Shown in pieces: positions 15,545 through 26,643 of a DNA stretch of 64,000 nt; position 1 is the stretch's first letter, and each line of letters opens with the position of its first letter. The notes below the pieces were generated by a model. It was not told the DNA's origin. It saw only the letters and a list, made by a program, of their open reading frames with translations, and searched no databases. The DNA comes from Octopus vulgaris (lineage: Eukaryota), in contig OX597814.1 in the NCBI GenBank assembly GCA_951406725.2, positions 170,190,001-170,254,000 of the forward strand, written 5' to 3'. The position numbers and the translations under genes were made by a program.

Positions 15545-15670
15545 ATATGCTTTATTTAAAGCAGCAGAAAATTCAACAAAACCTGTTACTCTGAGTTTCA
15601 CGTTGCCGGCAATGTGAAACTCAGAGTAACAGGTTTTGTTGAATTTTCTGCTACTTTAAATAAAGTATAT
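15545..15670. repeat. 126-bp near-perfect palindrome with no loop
   Basis: Centre TTGCC|GGCAA at 15607/15608; arms pair with about 3 mismatches. Confidence 0.93.
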
Positions 15671-15889
15671 ATATATATATATATATATAAGGAGAATTCA
15701 CCAAAAAACAAAAGATGAAGACAGGTGGTGTAGGCAACAAACAGATGTATTAGTTTAATGCTCGGGAAGTGAAAAAGTCTTTAACATTTCGAGCCCATGC
15801 TCTTCCACAGAAAGGAACACAGAAAAAAGCAGGGAGAGAAAATAAAGAATGTGTAGTGGTTAGTGATCTATCATGGCGAATATATACAT

Positions 15890-15900
15890 GTGTTTGTGTA

Positions 15901-15939
<39 letters not shown>

Positions 15940-15990
15940 ATGTGTGTGCGTATGTGTGTATGTGTATATGTATATATGTGTGTATATGTA

Positions 15991-16032
<42 letters not shown>

Positions 16033-16070
16033 CTTGTGTGTGTGCTTGTGTGTGTTTATATATACATATA
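15890..16070. repeat. (TG)n/(TA)n compound microsatellite; pure (TG)n also at about 16382-16461
   Basis: Direct reading. Confidence 0.95.
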
Positions 16071-16379
16071 TTTCTTATACCACTGTATCAATTGTTCCCG
16101 TTCATAGTTTTCTGTCTCACTTGTATGCTATAGTCCTTCATGTTTAGTCTTTCATTGTTCATAATTTCAGTGATATTCCCAAATATCACTTGTACAACCA
16201 GAGAAGTGGTACCATGACATTTAAAGTCTTTGAACTTTTTATGTGTCAAAACTATATTGAATAGGGTCTCCATGGCTAAGGAGAGGATTTCCATATTTAT
16301 TTGCCCTTTGTACTTTACTGTTCCTTGTCTCCATGATTCATTTTGATTTTTCATACACACACACAAATATACATATATG

Positions 16380-16464
<85 letters not shown>

Positions 16465-16984
16465 GTTAGTTGAGTTAGAGATAAAAATAACTGTCTAACA
16501 TATTATGCTCATAAATTATAAGTAAAGACAAGGATAATACATGGGTTTATCAAGAATCAAATTTTAAAGAAAACAGAAAATGGAGAAGTATTGATGGACA
16601 ATAATTGACTTACATCAATTATTATTTATTAATTCATTGCAAATAGACAGCATCCCAGCTAACAGCTGTACTTCTCCATTTTCTGTTTTCTCTCTCTCTC
16701 TCTCCTATATATATATATATACATGCATACACATGCATACCCATTATGTATATATGCATCCTATACACTAAGTGGTAAGTCTTGTCGCTGTCATCTCCAC
16801 CCACTACACTACTTGCCTTTTGATGTATCCTAGTGAGTTGCTGACCCTTGACCCTATGTAAATTTCTATTGCATAATATAATTTATGGATACACACATGC
16901 ATATACACAGACAATGTGTTGGAGCAGCTGTAATCTATTGAAATGAATATATTGAATATTCTTTTCTACTCTGTTTGCTGGTCA

Positions 16985-17264
16985 TTGCCCCATCTGATGA
17001 CCATTTATTCCACGGTTTTCAAAATCATTTAGATGGAAGAATATGAATTCTGTAGACGATATCAGAACAGCCCTGGAGGAGTATTTTTCATCATGAGCAA
17101 ATAAATATTTGAAGAGGGGCTTTGCAAGTCTACCAGATAGAGGGAAGAGCATTGTAGAAAATGAAAGAGAGTATATTTTAGATTAAAAAGGAAATTTATT
17201 TATCTTAATTTTGAAAAAATAAAACAAGTATAAAAATCCACATTACTTATGGGATGACCTAATA
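16985..17264 (+). mobile_element. Mariner 3' fragment (different subfamily)
   Basis: APSDDHLFHGFQNHLDG...LPDRGKSIVENEREYILD* followed by a TIR-like TTACTTATGGGATGACCTAATA. Confidence 0.75.
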
Positions 17265-17581
17265 TATACACACACATATTATATATATATATACATGTAT
17301 ATATATATACATGTATATATATATATTTATATATATGAGTGGATTTGGCAGATGGAAACTGAAAAGAGCCCGTCGTATGTGTATGTTTGTGTGTGTGTGT
17401 GTGTGTGTGTATGTGTGCTTGTGTACGTGTGTGTGTTTTTGTTGTCCCCATCACTTGATGACCGATGTTGGTGTGTTTACGTCCCTGTAACTTTGCAGTT
17501 CGACAAAAGACTGATAGTATAAGTACTAGGCTTCCAAATAATAAGTCCTGGGGTTGATTTGTTCAGCATGGCCACAGTCAA

Positions 17582-18094
17582 ATGTTCGTGTCCGTTGCCA
17601 GCCTCGCCTGGCCCCCGTGCCAGTGACACGTAAAAGCACCATCCGTTCGTGGCCGTTTGCCAGCTCTGTCTGGCCCCCGTGTCAGTGGCACATAAAAGCA
17701 CCATCCGTTCGTGTCCGTTGCCAGCCTCGCCTGGCCCCCGTGCCGGTGACATGTAAAAGCACCATCCGTTCGTGGCCGTTTGCCAGCTCTGTCTGAACCC
17801 CATGTCGGTGGCACGTAAAAGCACCATCCGTCCGTGTCCGTTGCCAGCATCGCCTGGCCCCGTGCCTGTGACACGTAAAAGCACCATCCATTCATGGCCG
17901 TTTGCCAGCTCTGTCTGGCACCTGTGCGGGTGGCACGTAAAAAGCACCCACTACACTCACGGAGTGGTTGGCGTTAGGAAGGGCATCCAGCCGTAGAAAC
18001 ACTGCCAGATCTGACTGGGCCTGACGAAGCCTTCCAGCTTCACAGACCCCAGTTGAACAGTCCAACCCATGCTACCATGGAAAGCGGATGCTAA

Positions 18095-18138
<44 letters not shown>
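17582..18138 (+). mobile_element. RTE 3'-UTR-derived repeat with tandem array and (GAT)n tail. Other copies about 4610-5058, 6830-7080(-), 9098-9305(-), 12460-12890(-), 29115-29375, 41880-42140, 46700-46990(-), 51360-51705(-), 55845-56280, 60120-60680
   Basis: Same terminal ~200 bp (CCCACTACACTC...GTTAGGAAGGGCATCCAG...CCAACCCATGCTAGCATGG...(GAT)n) as the RTE at 21730-23012. Confidence 0.88.
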
Positions 18139-19029
18139 ATAAATATACCTACACGATATTTCATTCAAAATATTCAATACAAAACATATTTTTCCCCAGA
18201 ATATCTAATAAAACTACATGCAAACATATCTTTTGGTTGCTCTTAGCAAATTAAATCCATGTTAATAAACTCTCTTTATTCTCTATCTTTAATAATTCTA
18301 TTTTATTTAATCACATACAACAGCACACACACCTTAAAAAAAAATCATCACATATCACAAAATAAATAACACACTTTAGTTACCCTGGCAGGTATACAGT
18401 ATCCCCTTTATATTTTAATTATATCAAAAACATTTTCTGAAGTAAAACACGCATTTGGAAACTTGCCAAGGAAAGCATATTACATGTCGACAATATACAG
18501 ATAATACACTGCGATAGCCTGCTCTGCTGCCATTATGTGCAGTAATAAGGTATTGTAACATTAATAATGGATAACAATATTTAGCTGGCTTCTTGCATTG
18601 TCAATAAAGGATTCAATGGGTTTGTTTACTAATAATAAATTATGAGGTTCAGAAATTATTAAATTTTCATTAGTGACTGGTAACTGAATAATTAAAGTGT
18701 GTTATTACAGTGTGACGTTAATTCTTTAGCATTTAAAATAGCCATATATGACCCAAATATTGTACCTGTTTAATGTTTGGACCAGATGGATCTGGCTTCT
18801 CATATATACCCTACAATACCATTCTAAAAATAGACAATCATATCATCAAAATCTTAAAGCTACAAGATAGTGAATGATAAATTTTGAATTATGTGGATAA
18901 ATAAGCATTATTTTTGACAAAGTAATTTGCTTGCGAAAGGGTTAAATATCCTCAAAACCATGTCAAAGATAGAGAATAGAATATTTTCTCAAATTATGAA
19001 AATGTACCACCAACGGCACATGTAAATAA

Positions 19030-19290
19030 GTAAAGTAAATGTTCCTTCTCGAGCCATGCCAGGCTCATAAGGGCCGGTTTCCCGGTTTCTGTGACGTAGA
19101 AATTCCCTACTTGGACAGGACGCCAGTCCGTCACTGTGTTACTCATTTATGCCAGCTGAGTGGACTGGAGCAATGTGAAATGAAGTGTTTTGCTCAAGAA
19201 CACAACACATCGCCCGGTCCAGGAATCGAAACCACAACCTTACGATCATGAGTTCAACACCCTAAACACTAAGCCACGCGCCTCCACAGT
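19030..19290 (-). mobile_element. tRNA-derived SINE, fourth head type; other copies about 5130-5355(-), 8966-9420(+, interrupted), 21068-21400(+), 29408-29715(+), 39700-39945(+), 62708-63015(+)
   Basis: Head GGAGGCGCGTGGCTTAGTG..TAGGGTG...TTCGATTCCTGG; body TTGAGCAAAACACTT...GCTCCAGTCCACTCAGC. Confidence 0.78.
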
Positions 19291-20079
19291 GGTACATGTG
19301 GCAGTTAACATTTTAATAATAGTTTGATTCAGCTCCACATTACTTAACTCATTAGCATTTAAATTGGTCATATTTGGCAATCAAACCAGCTAGATCGAGT
19401 ATCTCACACCTACCCTACAATGTCATTCTAAAAATAAACAATCACATCATTGAAATCTTTAAGCGACAAGATAAATTTAAAACAATGAATAAATAAGCTT
19501 CACATATATTTGACAAAGTAATTTGAATGCTAGAGGATTAACCAACAAAAACACTATGTCGTAAACTGCTATTAAGCAATATTTTGTATGAAGGTTTTTT
19601 TGTATGTTCAGTAAAAAAAAAGAATCACATGCTAGCTTTTATGTTGTAATTTGTGGAAAATGTCTTATTTATACACGATAGATCTACATTGCTCCTATCC
19701 ACGAACTTGTCAAGAATAAGTAATAGATCATCTAGAAATGTTACATGTCACAAACTAATATCCTATCAAAGGAGGGATTTATCTCACATCTGTTTATCAC
19801 CATCAAGTATCAACCATTAAAAGTCTTTTGAAGCTATTGGAGATATTTACAATTATATACATGAGCTAATATTTTGTGGCTATTCTTTTTGTTATTATAT
19901 TTGTTGTTTTTGTTTTGTTTTGTTTTGTTTTTGTAAGAAAAGAGATTAGGCTGTGGAGGAATGAAGACAGAGTAGCTAAATCTGGTCTTAGATAACATGA
20001 TATAAGGATTAGAACTGATTGGGGAATTGATGCTTATGGTAACCTGACCAACACGAGCTTAGGAGTAGAGCGAAAGATG

Positions 20080-20430
20080 ATTATAGTGATGATGACTGTG
20101 GTGGTGATGGTGATGATGGTGGTGATGGTGGATGCAGAGGAGGAGGAGAAGAGGAAGGACAACGGCAACAAAGACTGTCACAATGATGATGGTGAGGGGC
20201 TCATGGTTAGAAGATGATGAGGAGGAGAAGGAGGAAAAGGAAAAGTAATGTCATGGTGGTAATGGTTATGCTGACAATAATACCAACGACGATGAAGACG
20301 ATGACAACAACAGCAACGATGGTGATGATGAGGATGGTGGTAGTGGTGGTGGTGGTGGTGGTAATGATGGTGGTGGTGGTGGTGATGATGATGATGATGA
20401 TGATGATTATGATGATGATGATGATGATAG
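20080..20430. repeat. (GAT)n/(GGT)n/(GAG)n trinucleotide low-complexity tract
   Basis: Direct reading; source of the poly-His/Met/Val ORFs. Confidence 0.9.
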
Positions 20431-20773
20431 CAGTGCATTAAATCTGCAGCTTCCAGAATGACATTGTGCCCTTAAGTCATGAATGTTACTCTGCTTGCCA
20501 AAATAGAAGACCCTACTGAAAATTTTACATCTAAAATATATTTTGCTGCTTCTTTGCTTAACATGATATTAACTTGTAACACAGGCAGGCAAAAAAGCCT
20601 CAAAGCTTAGAAGAAAAGAAGAATAATCAAGTAAATTATTTAAATGCATCCCATCTCCACCCTGGTAGTTGACTAGTACTTATTTCAGTGACTCCAAAAG
20701 AATAACAGGTAAAGCTGTCTTCAACAGGATTTGAACTCAGAACATAGAGGATATTTTATCGGATGCTCGACAA

Positions 20774-21008
20774 AGGCGGCGAGCTGGCAGACACGTTAGC
20801 GCGCCGGGTGAAATGCTTAGCGGTATTTCGTCTGCGATTACGTTCTTCTGAGTTCAAATTCCACCAAGGTCGACTTTACCTTTCATCCTTTCGACTCGAT
20901 AAATAAAGTACCAGTTTTGCACTGGGGTTGATGTAATCGACTTAATCCCTTTGTCTGTCCTTGTTTGTCCCCTCTATGTTTAGCCCCTTGTGGGCAATAA
21001 AGAAATAT
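20774..21008 (+). mobile_element. tRNA-derived SINE with Meta-like central domain (representative). Other copies about 2633-2835, 7100-7470(-), 21505-21720, 44470-44897(-), 48225-48822, 52921-53135, 56545-56757
   Basis: Head GGCGGCGAGCTGGCAGA...GAGTTCAAATTC; body GCCTTTCATCCTTT..GGTCGATAAA..AAGTACCAG; TSD GATGCTCGAC. Domain name from recalled resemblance only. Confidence 0.8.
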
Positions 21009-21408
21009 ATCTGATGCTCGACCAATTTTTGTTAGTAACTAGTATTAGTAATTTTTTATTATAGTTGTGTGAAGGCACATGACTTGGTGATTTGAGTGTT
21101 GGGCTGGCAATCGTGAGGTAGTGAGTTTGATTCCTGGACCAGGCTGTGTGTTGTATTCTTGAGCAAGACACTTTACTTCATGTTCCTCCAGTTCACTCAG
21201 CTGTAGAAATGAGTTGCAATGTCACTGGTGCAAGGCCTTTACCTTTCCCTTGGATAATATTGGTGGCATGGAGAAGGGAAGCTGGTATGCATGGGTGACT
21301 GCTTGTCTTCCATAAACAACTTTGCCCAGACTTGTGTCTTGGAGGGTAACTTTCTAGGTGCAATCCCATGGTCGTTCATGACCAAAGAGAGTCTTTACTC
21401 TCTTTATT

Positions 21409-21443
<35 letters not shown>

Positions 21444-21729
21444 CATAGTTGTAATTATTGTTGCTTTCAATAATTAAAATTGCATTATTACTGCAATCTC
21501 TTGGGGCAGTCAGCTGGCAGAATCATTGGCACACCAGACAAAATACTTAGCAACATTTCGTCCACCCATATGTTCAGAGTTCGAATTCCACTGAGGTTGA
21601 ATTTGCCTTTCATTCTTTCAAGGTTGATAAAATAAATACCAGTTGAGAACCAGGGTTAATGAAATCGACTTAGCCCCTCCCCCAAACTTGCTGGCCTAAA
21701 GCCCATAATAGAAAGGATTATTATTATTC

Positions 21730-23012
21730 TGTAGGAAAGGTGTAGGTAGAAACTCTATAAGATGTACCCAGTGTAAGCTATGGACACATAAGAGGTGCAG
21801 CAATGTCAAAGGTAGGCTAACTGGGAAGATAGTTTTTGTATGTGGCAGATGCTCGGGAGCATTAACCTCTGAAAATCTGCAGAAAACAACTTCCGTCACT
21901 TTCCAGGGGGAAAAACTAGAAGTAGTTGATAGCTTCCGTTATCTAGGTGACCAAGTCAGTAGTGGGGGTGGGTGCGCTGAAAGTGTAACTGCTAGAATAA
22001 GAATAGCCTGGGCAAAGTTTAGGGAGCTCTTACCTCTGCTGGTGACTAAAGGCCTCTCACTCAGAGTAAAAGGCAGACTGTATGATGCATGTGTACGAAC
22101 AGCCATGCTACATGGCAGTGAAACATGGGCCGTGACTGCTGAGGACATGTGTAAGCTCGTGAGGAATGAAGCCAGTATGCTCCGATGGATGTGTAACGGC
22201 AGTGTACATACTCAACAGAGCGTTAGTACCTTGAGAGAAATGTTGTACCTAAGAAGCATCAGTTGTGGTGTGCAAGAGAGACGATTGCGCTGGTATGGTC
22301 ATGTGGTGAGAATGGATGAAGATAGGTGTGTGAGAAAGTGCCAATCCCTAGCAGTTGAAGGAACCCGTGGAAGAGGTAGACCCAGGAAAACCTGAGACAA
22401 GGTGGTGAAGCACGACCTTCGAACTTTAGGCCTCACTGAGGAAATGACCAGCGACCGAGACCTTTGGAAATATGCTGTACGTGAGAAGACCAGGCAGGAC
22501 AAGTGAGCCCAGCCCACTTATGAATGCCTTTCCTCCCTTGGACACAAAGACCTGTTGAGGCAAGCGAAGTCGATATAGAACCTCATCCGACGACAGGCAC
22601 CCATGCCAACCCCTTTTGCTTGCGAAGACATGTTGGGGCAAGTGAAATCGAAATCGAAATCGAATTGAACTAGCCAGGATCCCTGGTCTGGTGGTACGTA
22701 AAAAGCACTATCCGACTCATGGCCGATGCCAGCGCCGCCTCGACTGGCTTCCGTGCCGGTGGCACGTAAAATACACCAATCCGACCGTGGCCGTTGCCAG
22801 CCTCGCCTGGCACCTGTGCAGGTGGCACGTAAAAAGCACCCACTACACTCATGGAGTGGTTGGTGTTAGGAAGGGCATCCAGCTGTAGAAACATTGCCAG
22901 ATAAGACTGGAGCCTGGTGCAGCCTTCTGGCTTCCCAGATCCCCGGTCGAACCGTCCAACCCATGCTAGCATGGAGAACGGACGTTAAACGATGATGATG
23001 ATGATGATGATG
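21730..23012 (+). mobile_element. RTE-clade LINE, 5'-truncated (end of ORF, 3' UTR, (GAT)n tail)
   Basis: One frame 21730-22506: Cys/His cluster, LEVVDSFRYLG, ARIRIAWAKFRELL, MLHGSETW, RRLRWYGHVVRM, RGRGRPRKT. One TGG>TGA stop at 22393; true stop at 22504-22506. Tail ...GGACGTTAAAC(GAT)n. Confidence 0.93.
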
Positions 23013-24105
23013 ATTATATGTCTGACTTTTGCCTTGTATTTGTATGAGTTGACTCCAAGTTTCACCCAGAGACCTCAAGAGAAAACAAGTTAGAAGTTCA
23101 AGTTAATGTTACAGTTTTGAACAAAGTATTGTTCTAGAGAATGTTTAAGAAAACGTAAGAAAGTTGCAAGTTTGTTTTAAAATTTGAGATTACATAGACA
23201 GTATTTTACACAGGATATGAGCAGTCCCAATGAGCACTATTTTTTGAATTTTTGCCAATTTTGGATTTTCTGATATCTGAGCTAGGTAGCAATCAGCCCT
23301 ATTATTATTAATTTAAAAGGTAATTCCTCACAAAGGTAAATAGACAATATGAAGAACATGATATGATTGCAATAGATATTTTATTGGTTTGAAGGATATT
23401 TTGACAGCTTGCCTGTCATTCTCGAGTTCAAAATGAAAAGTGATACATAGAAATTCAAAATTAGAAATTCCAATTTAAAAGTTTGAATAAGGGCAACCTG
23501 CATTCCTACATTGACAGAATGACATAATCAGACTTCAATTTTCAATTTTATAATTGACAAAAAGAAAAAGAAAGAAAAAAGAGAATAAAAAAGAAAAGGA
23601 TAAAGAAGAAGAATATTTAATCAAACAGCTTTGTGTAAATATGATGAAATTCCCGTCATTGTTCATCCCTTCAGGGCGTGATGTTAATAACTCGCAAACA
23701 TTTCTCCTCATGAATTTTGTGGACTGAAAGTGTTTCAGAGTCAGAATATTTTCTGAGAATATACACTTTCAAGTTTTTTTTTTTTTTAAATTGCTCCAGC
23801 TGAAGTTCATTGACCAAAATAAGTAGAAAATGAAAGATAAAAGATTACAGATAAAAGATTATTTCCTGAAAGAATTCCTATTATTGTAGTGATCGTTTCT
23901 GTTTCCAATCCTTACATTTCAATTAACTTTATTTCTAGTTCTTTCAAGTTGAATATTTTCTCCAATTCTTAGAGAGATAAATTATTATCTGTTAGAATTG
24001 ATAATTCAGTTAGGAGGCATTTATTTTCCTGGCAGTCCTTGACAACAACATCCAGCAAATTAACCTTGATTTCCTTGTCTGTGTATATTGGCACACTCTC
24101 TAGAG

Positions 24106-24375
24106 CAGTGGTTCCCAAACTTTTTCGGGCTGCCACCCCCTTGACACCCAGGCCACATTCCTAGCACCCCCACCCCAACTAACCATCACAAACATAGACC
24201 TCTTTCTGAAGCAAATTCAAAGCAACTGTATTTCACAAATAAAACCTAATGAACCCATTATTTTGTTGTTTTTACATGAATCTCTACCCCATTATCACCC
24301 CACATCTGTTCAATGCCACCTTGGAACTTTCCCCCACCCCCAGGGGGGCAATACTGCCCACTTTGAGAACCACTG
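24106..24375. mobile_element. hAT (Charlie-like) MITE
   Basis: TIRs CAGTGGTTCCCAAA / TTTGAGAACCACTG; perfect 8-bp TSD CTCTAGAG at 24098-24105 and 24376-24383. Confidence 0.9.
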
Positions 24376-25641
24376 CTCTAGAGCATGGTATCTTTGTTAT
24401 TCTTTGAGACTGCTACAGGTATATATTTATACCATCCCTTTTTTGTTGATAATTCATAATGCTGGAATAATTTCCAGTATGTGAAAACCCTCTGCAGCTC
24501 TGCCATGTTCTAAGGTGTATTCTCTTTTGGCTAAAACTAGACCACCAGAGACAATGTACTTAACTGTTTCCTCCCAACCTCCACATACACTGCTTTGTTG
24601 ATTTGTGATAGAAAGGCGCTGATTTTGTTCTGAAATAAAAAATCTTTTAGTCACAGTTTTAAGTCCTCTATTTTTTTAGCAAATCATGTAATTTTCTTTG
24701 TCAATCTCCACCCTGTTCAGTTTTTATCCAATTTATCTGTTATTTTTTTCTATGTATTTGTCATATAATCATACAAGAACCAATGCTTTTTCTTCCTATT
24801 GGTTTAATATGGCATTCCATAGCTTCATTCTCGGCTCAGATTTTAGCTTTTTACAATTCCTGTTGTTGTTCCCCTTTTTCCATCACAACTGTTTGTTGTT
24901 GTTGTTGTTGTTGTTGTAACAGAAATAGCTTACACCAACGATTAATTGAAAGAAACCAATTTTCAAAAAAACCTCTCCAGCCATGATAGTTTAACAGTAT
25001 TAAAAATAGATGGCAGGCATTAAGAATATAAAATAAAAATAAAAATAAACAAACATTCAAAAAAAAAAAAAGGAAAAAAAGCATACTCAATAGGCCTTCC
25101 CTTTTTTTTATGACCAATTTGGCATACAAAGATGCAGTTAATGGTTAAACAATGTCACTCTTGCAGAGAGAAATTCTGTCACGGTTATTAGAATCTTAAT
25201 AAAAGATATCCTGTCAAGAAACGTTCTGGCTTCAAAATATTGCTTCTTTGACTTGGTTTTGTATGCTTATATGATCGTTATCCTGCTGTGTTATATAGTT
25301 CAAACTAATTAATTTCCCAGCAGATAGTAACATTGTCGTCTCTAGAATATTGCTGGTAATTAACTGCTCTCTGTTATTTCATTGAATTCATAAAAGGTCT
25401 CATACACCTGAGATCAAACAAAAACCTTCATGCTAACGAGGAAACTTCTATGAGGTATCTCAAACTGCCGGAAGCAGTGGCCTTGACTCCCTCAAATAAC
25501 ATTACAACATCTTAAATAACAGGACACAATAAATTATGTAATCTGGGGTGCACAGTGATTAAAAAACTCATAGAGTTGATCATTTCTGGAATGTCTTTGA
25601 TCATAGGTCTTCTTGCCTGGTTGAGGCTAACCTGGGTCTGA

Positions 25642-25997
25642 ACAACATCATCAGCATTGTTCGACCGTGGTCGAGACAATGGAATTTACTATGTTACGCC
25701 AGACTTCACGGTTCATCATAGCATTACGGAGGTCCTGTTGCTGGATGGCCGTATCCCTGGGTAGGAGAGTGTGCGCCCTCTGGTATCACGAGCAGATGGC
25801 TTCCAGAGGAGAAGAGTAGAAATTACCTCGTTTTCAGCTCTACAATAATGTCCAGCAAACTGGAGTCTTCTACCTTTCACAAGAGATGATACAGGTGGTA
25901 ATTTCCCATATATTTGTACTTTGGTTGGATGCCACTTCCACGAGACATTTTGAGATCTCATAAGGAGGCAAGTGTAAGTTCCATCCAACTGCCTCTC
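25642..25997 (-). mobile_element. RTE-like LINE 3' fragment (second family)
   Basis: LDGTYTCLLMRSQNVSWK...RRLQFAGHYCRA...LLWKP...RGRTLSYP on the minus strand. Confidence 0.75.
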
Positions 25998-26266
25998 AAA
26001 ATGAAGTAATCATACAAATGAACATTAGATTAAATTTTTTTTGTAAAGACAGCCAGAGGAAGGAAGAAGTACCTATGACCATTTTCAGGACCTTCAAGAT
26101 TGATAGGAAGAATGGAGTAAGTTGGCTGCAAAACAGAGATCTGCCCAAAAACTTGCAAAAGGCCAAACTCCACCAAGAGCACCAAAGAGCCGAATAAGAG
26201 TACAAAACTGTACTACAGATTTAGTCTAACTCCACCCTATCTCCAGACAAGCCATCAGCAACATCA

Positions 26267-26643
26267 GGAGGTGCAATGGCCCAGTCGTTAGGGCAGCGGA
26301 CTCGTGGTCGGACGATCGCGATTTCGATTCCCAGATCGGGTGTTGTGTGTGTTTATTGAGCGAAAACACCTAAAGCTCCATGAGGCTCCAGCAGGGGGTG
26401 GTGGCGACCCCTGTTGTACTCTTTCGCTCCAACTTTCTCTCACTCTCACTTCCTGTTTCTTGTCTCCGACTTCCTACGCAACTGCTGAACCTGGATGCGC
26501 ATTCATCCATCCGTCGATGCTCTTGGTGTGTAGGGGGTTGACCTGTTTTCTCTTCTGTGGGTCTTACGAATAGCAAAGGACCACGTTTCGGACTTCTCCC
26601 AAGGACGAAGACTGCTTCGCTCAACAAACAAACAAACAAACAA
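26267..26643 (+). mobile_element. tRNA-derived SINE, third head type; other copies 11103-11483(-), about 363-660(-), 54761-55050(+)
   Basis: GGAGGTGCAATGGCCCAGT.GTTAGGGCAGCGGACTCG...TTCGATTCCC; 13-bp TSD ATCAGCAACATCA; (AAAC)n tail. The 11103 copy has TSD CTGTACCTGGT. Confidence 0.85.

Noticed and set aside
17582-17950. CRISPR-like repeat/spacer look of the GTGGCACGTAAAAGCACC arrays
   Set aside because: Spacers are homologous to each other, the arrays sit in RTE 3' UTRs, there are no cas genes, and the context is eukaryotic.
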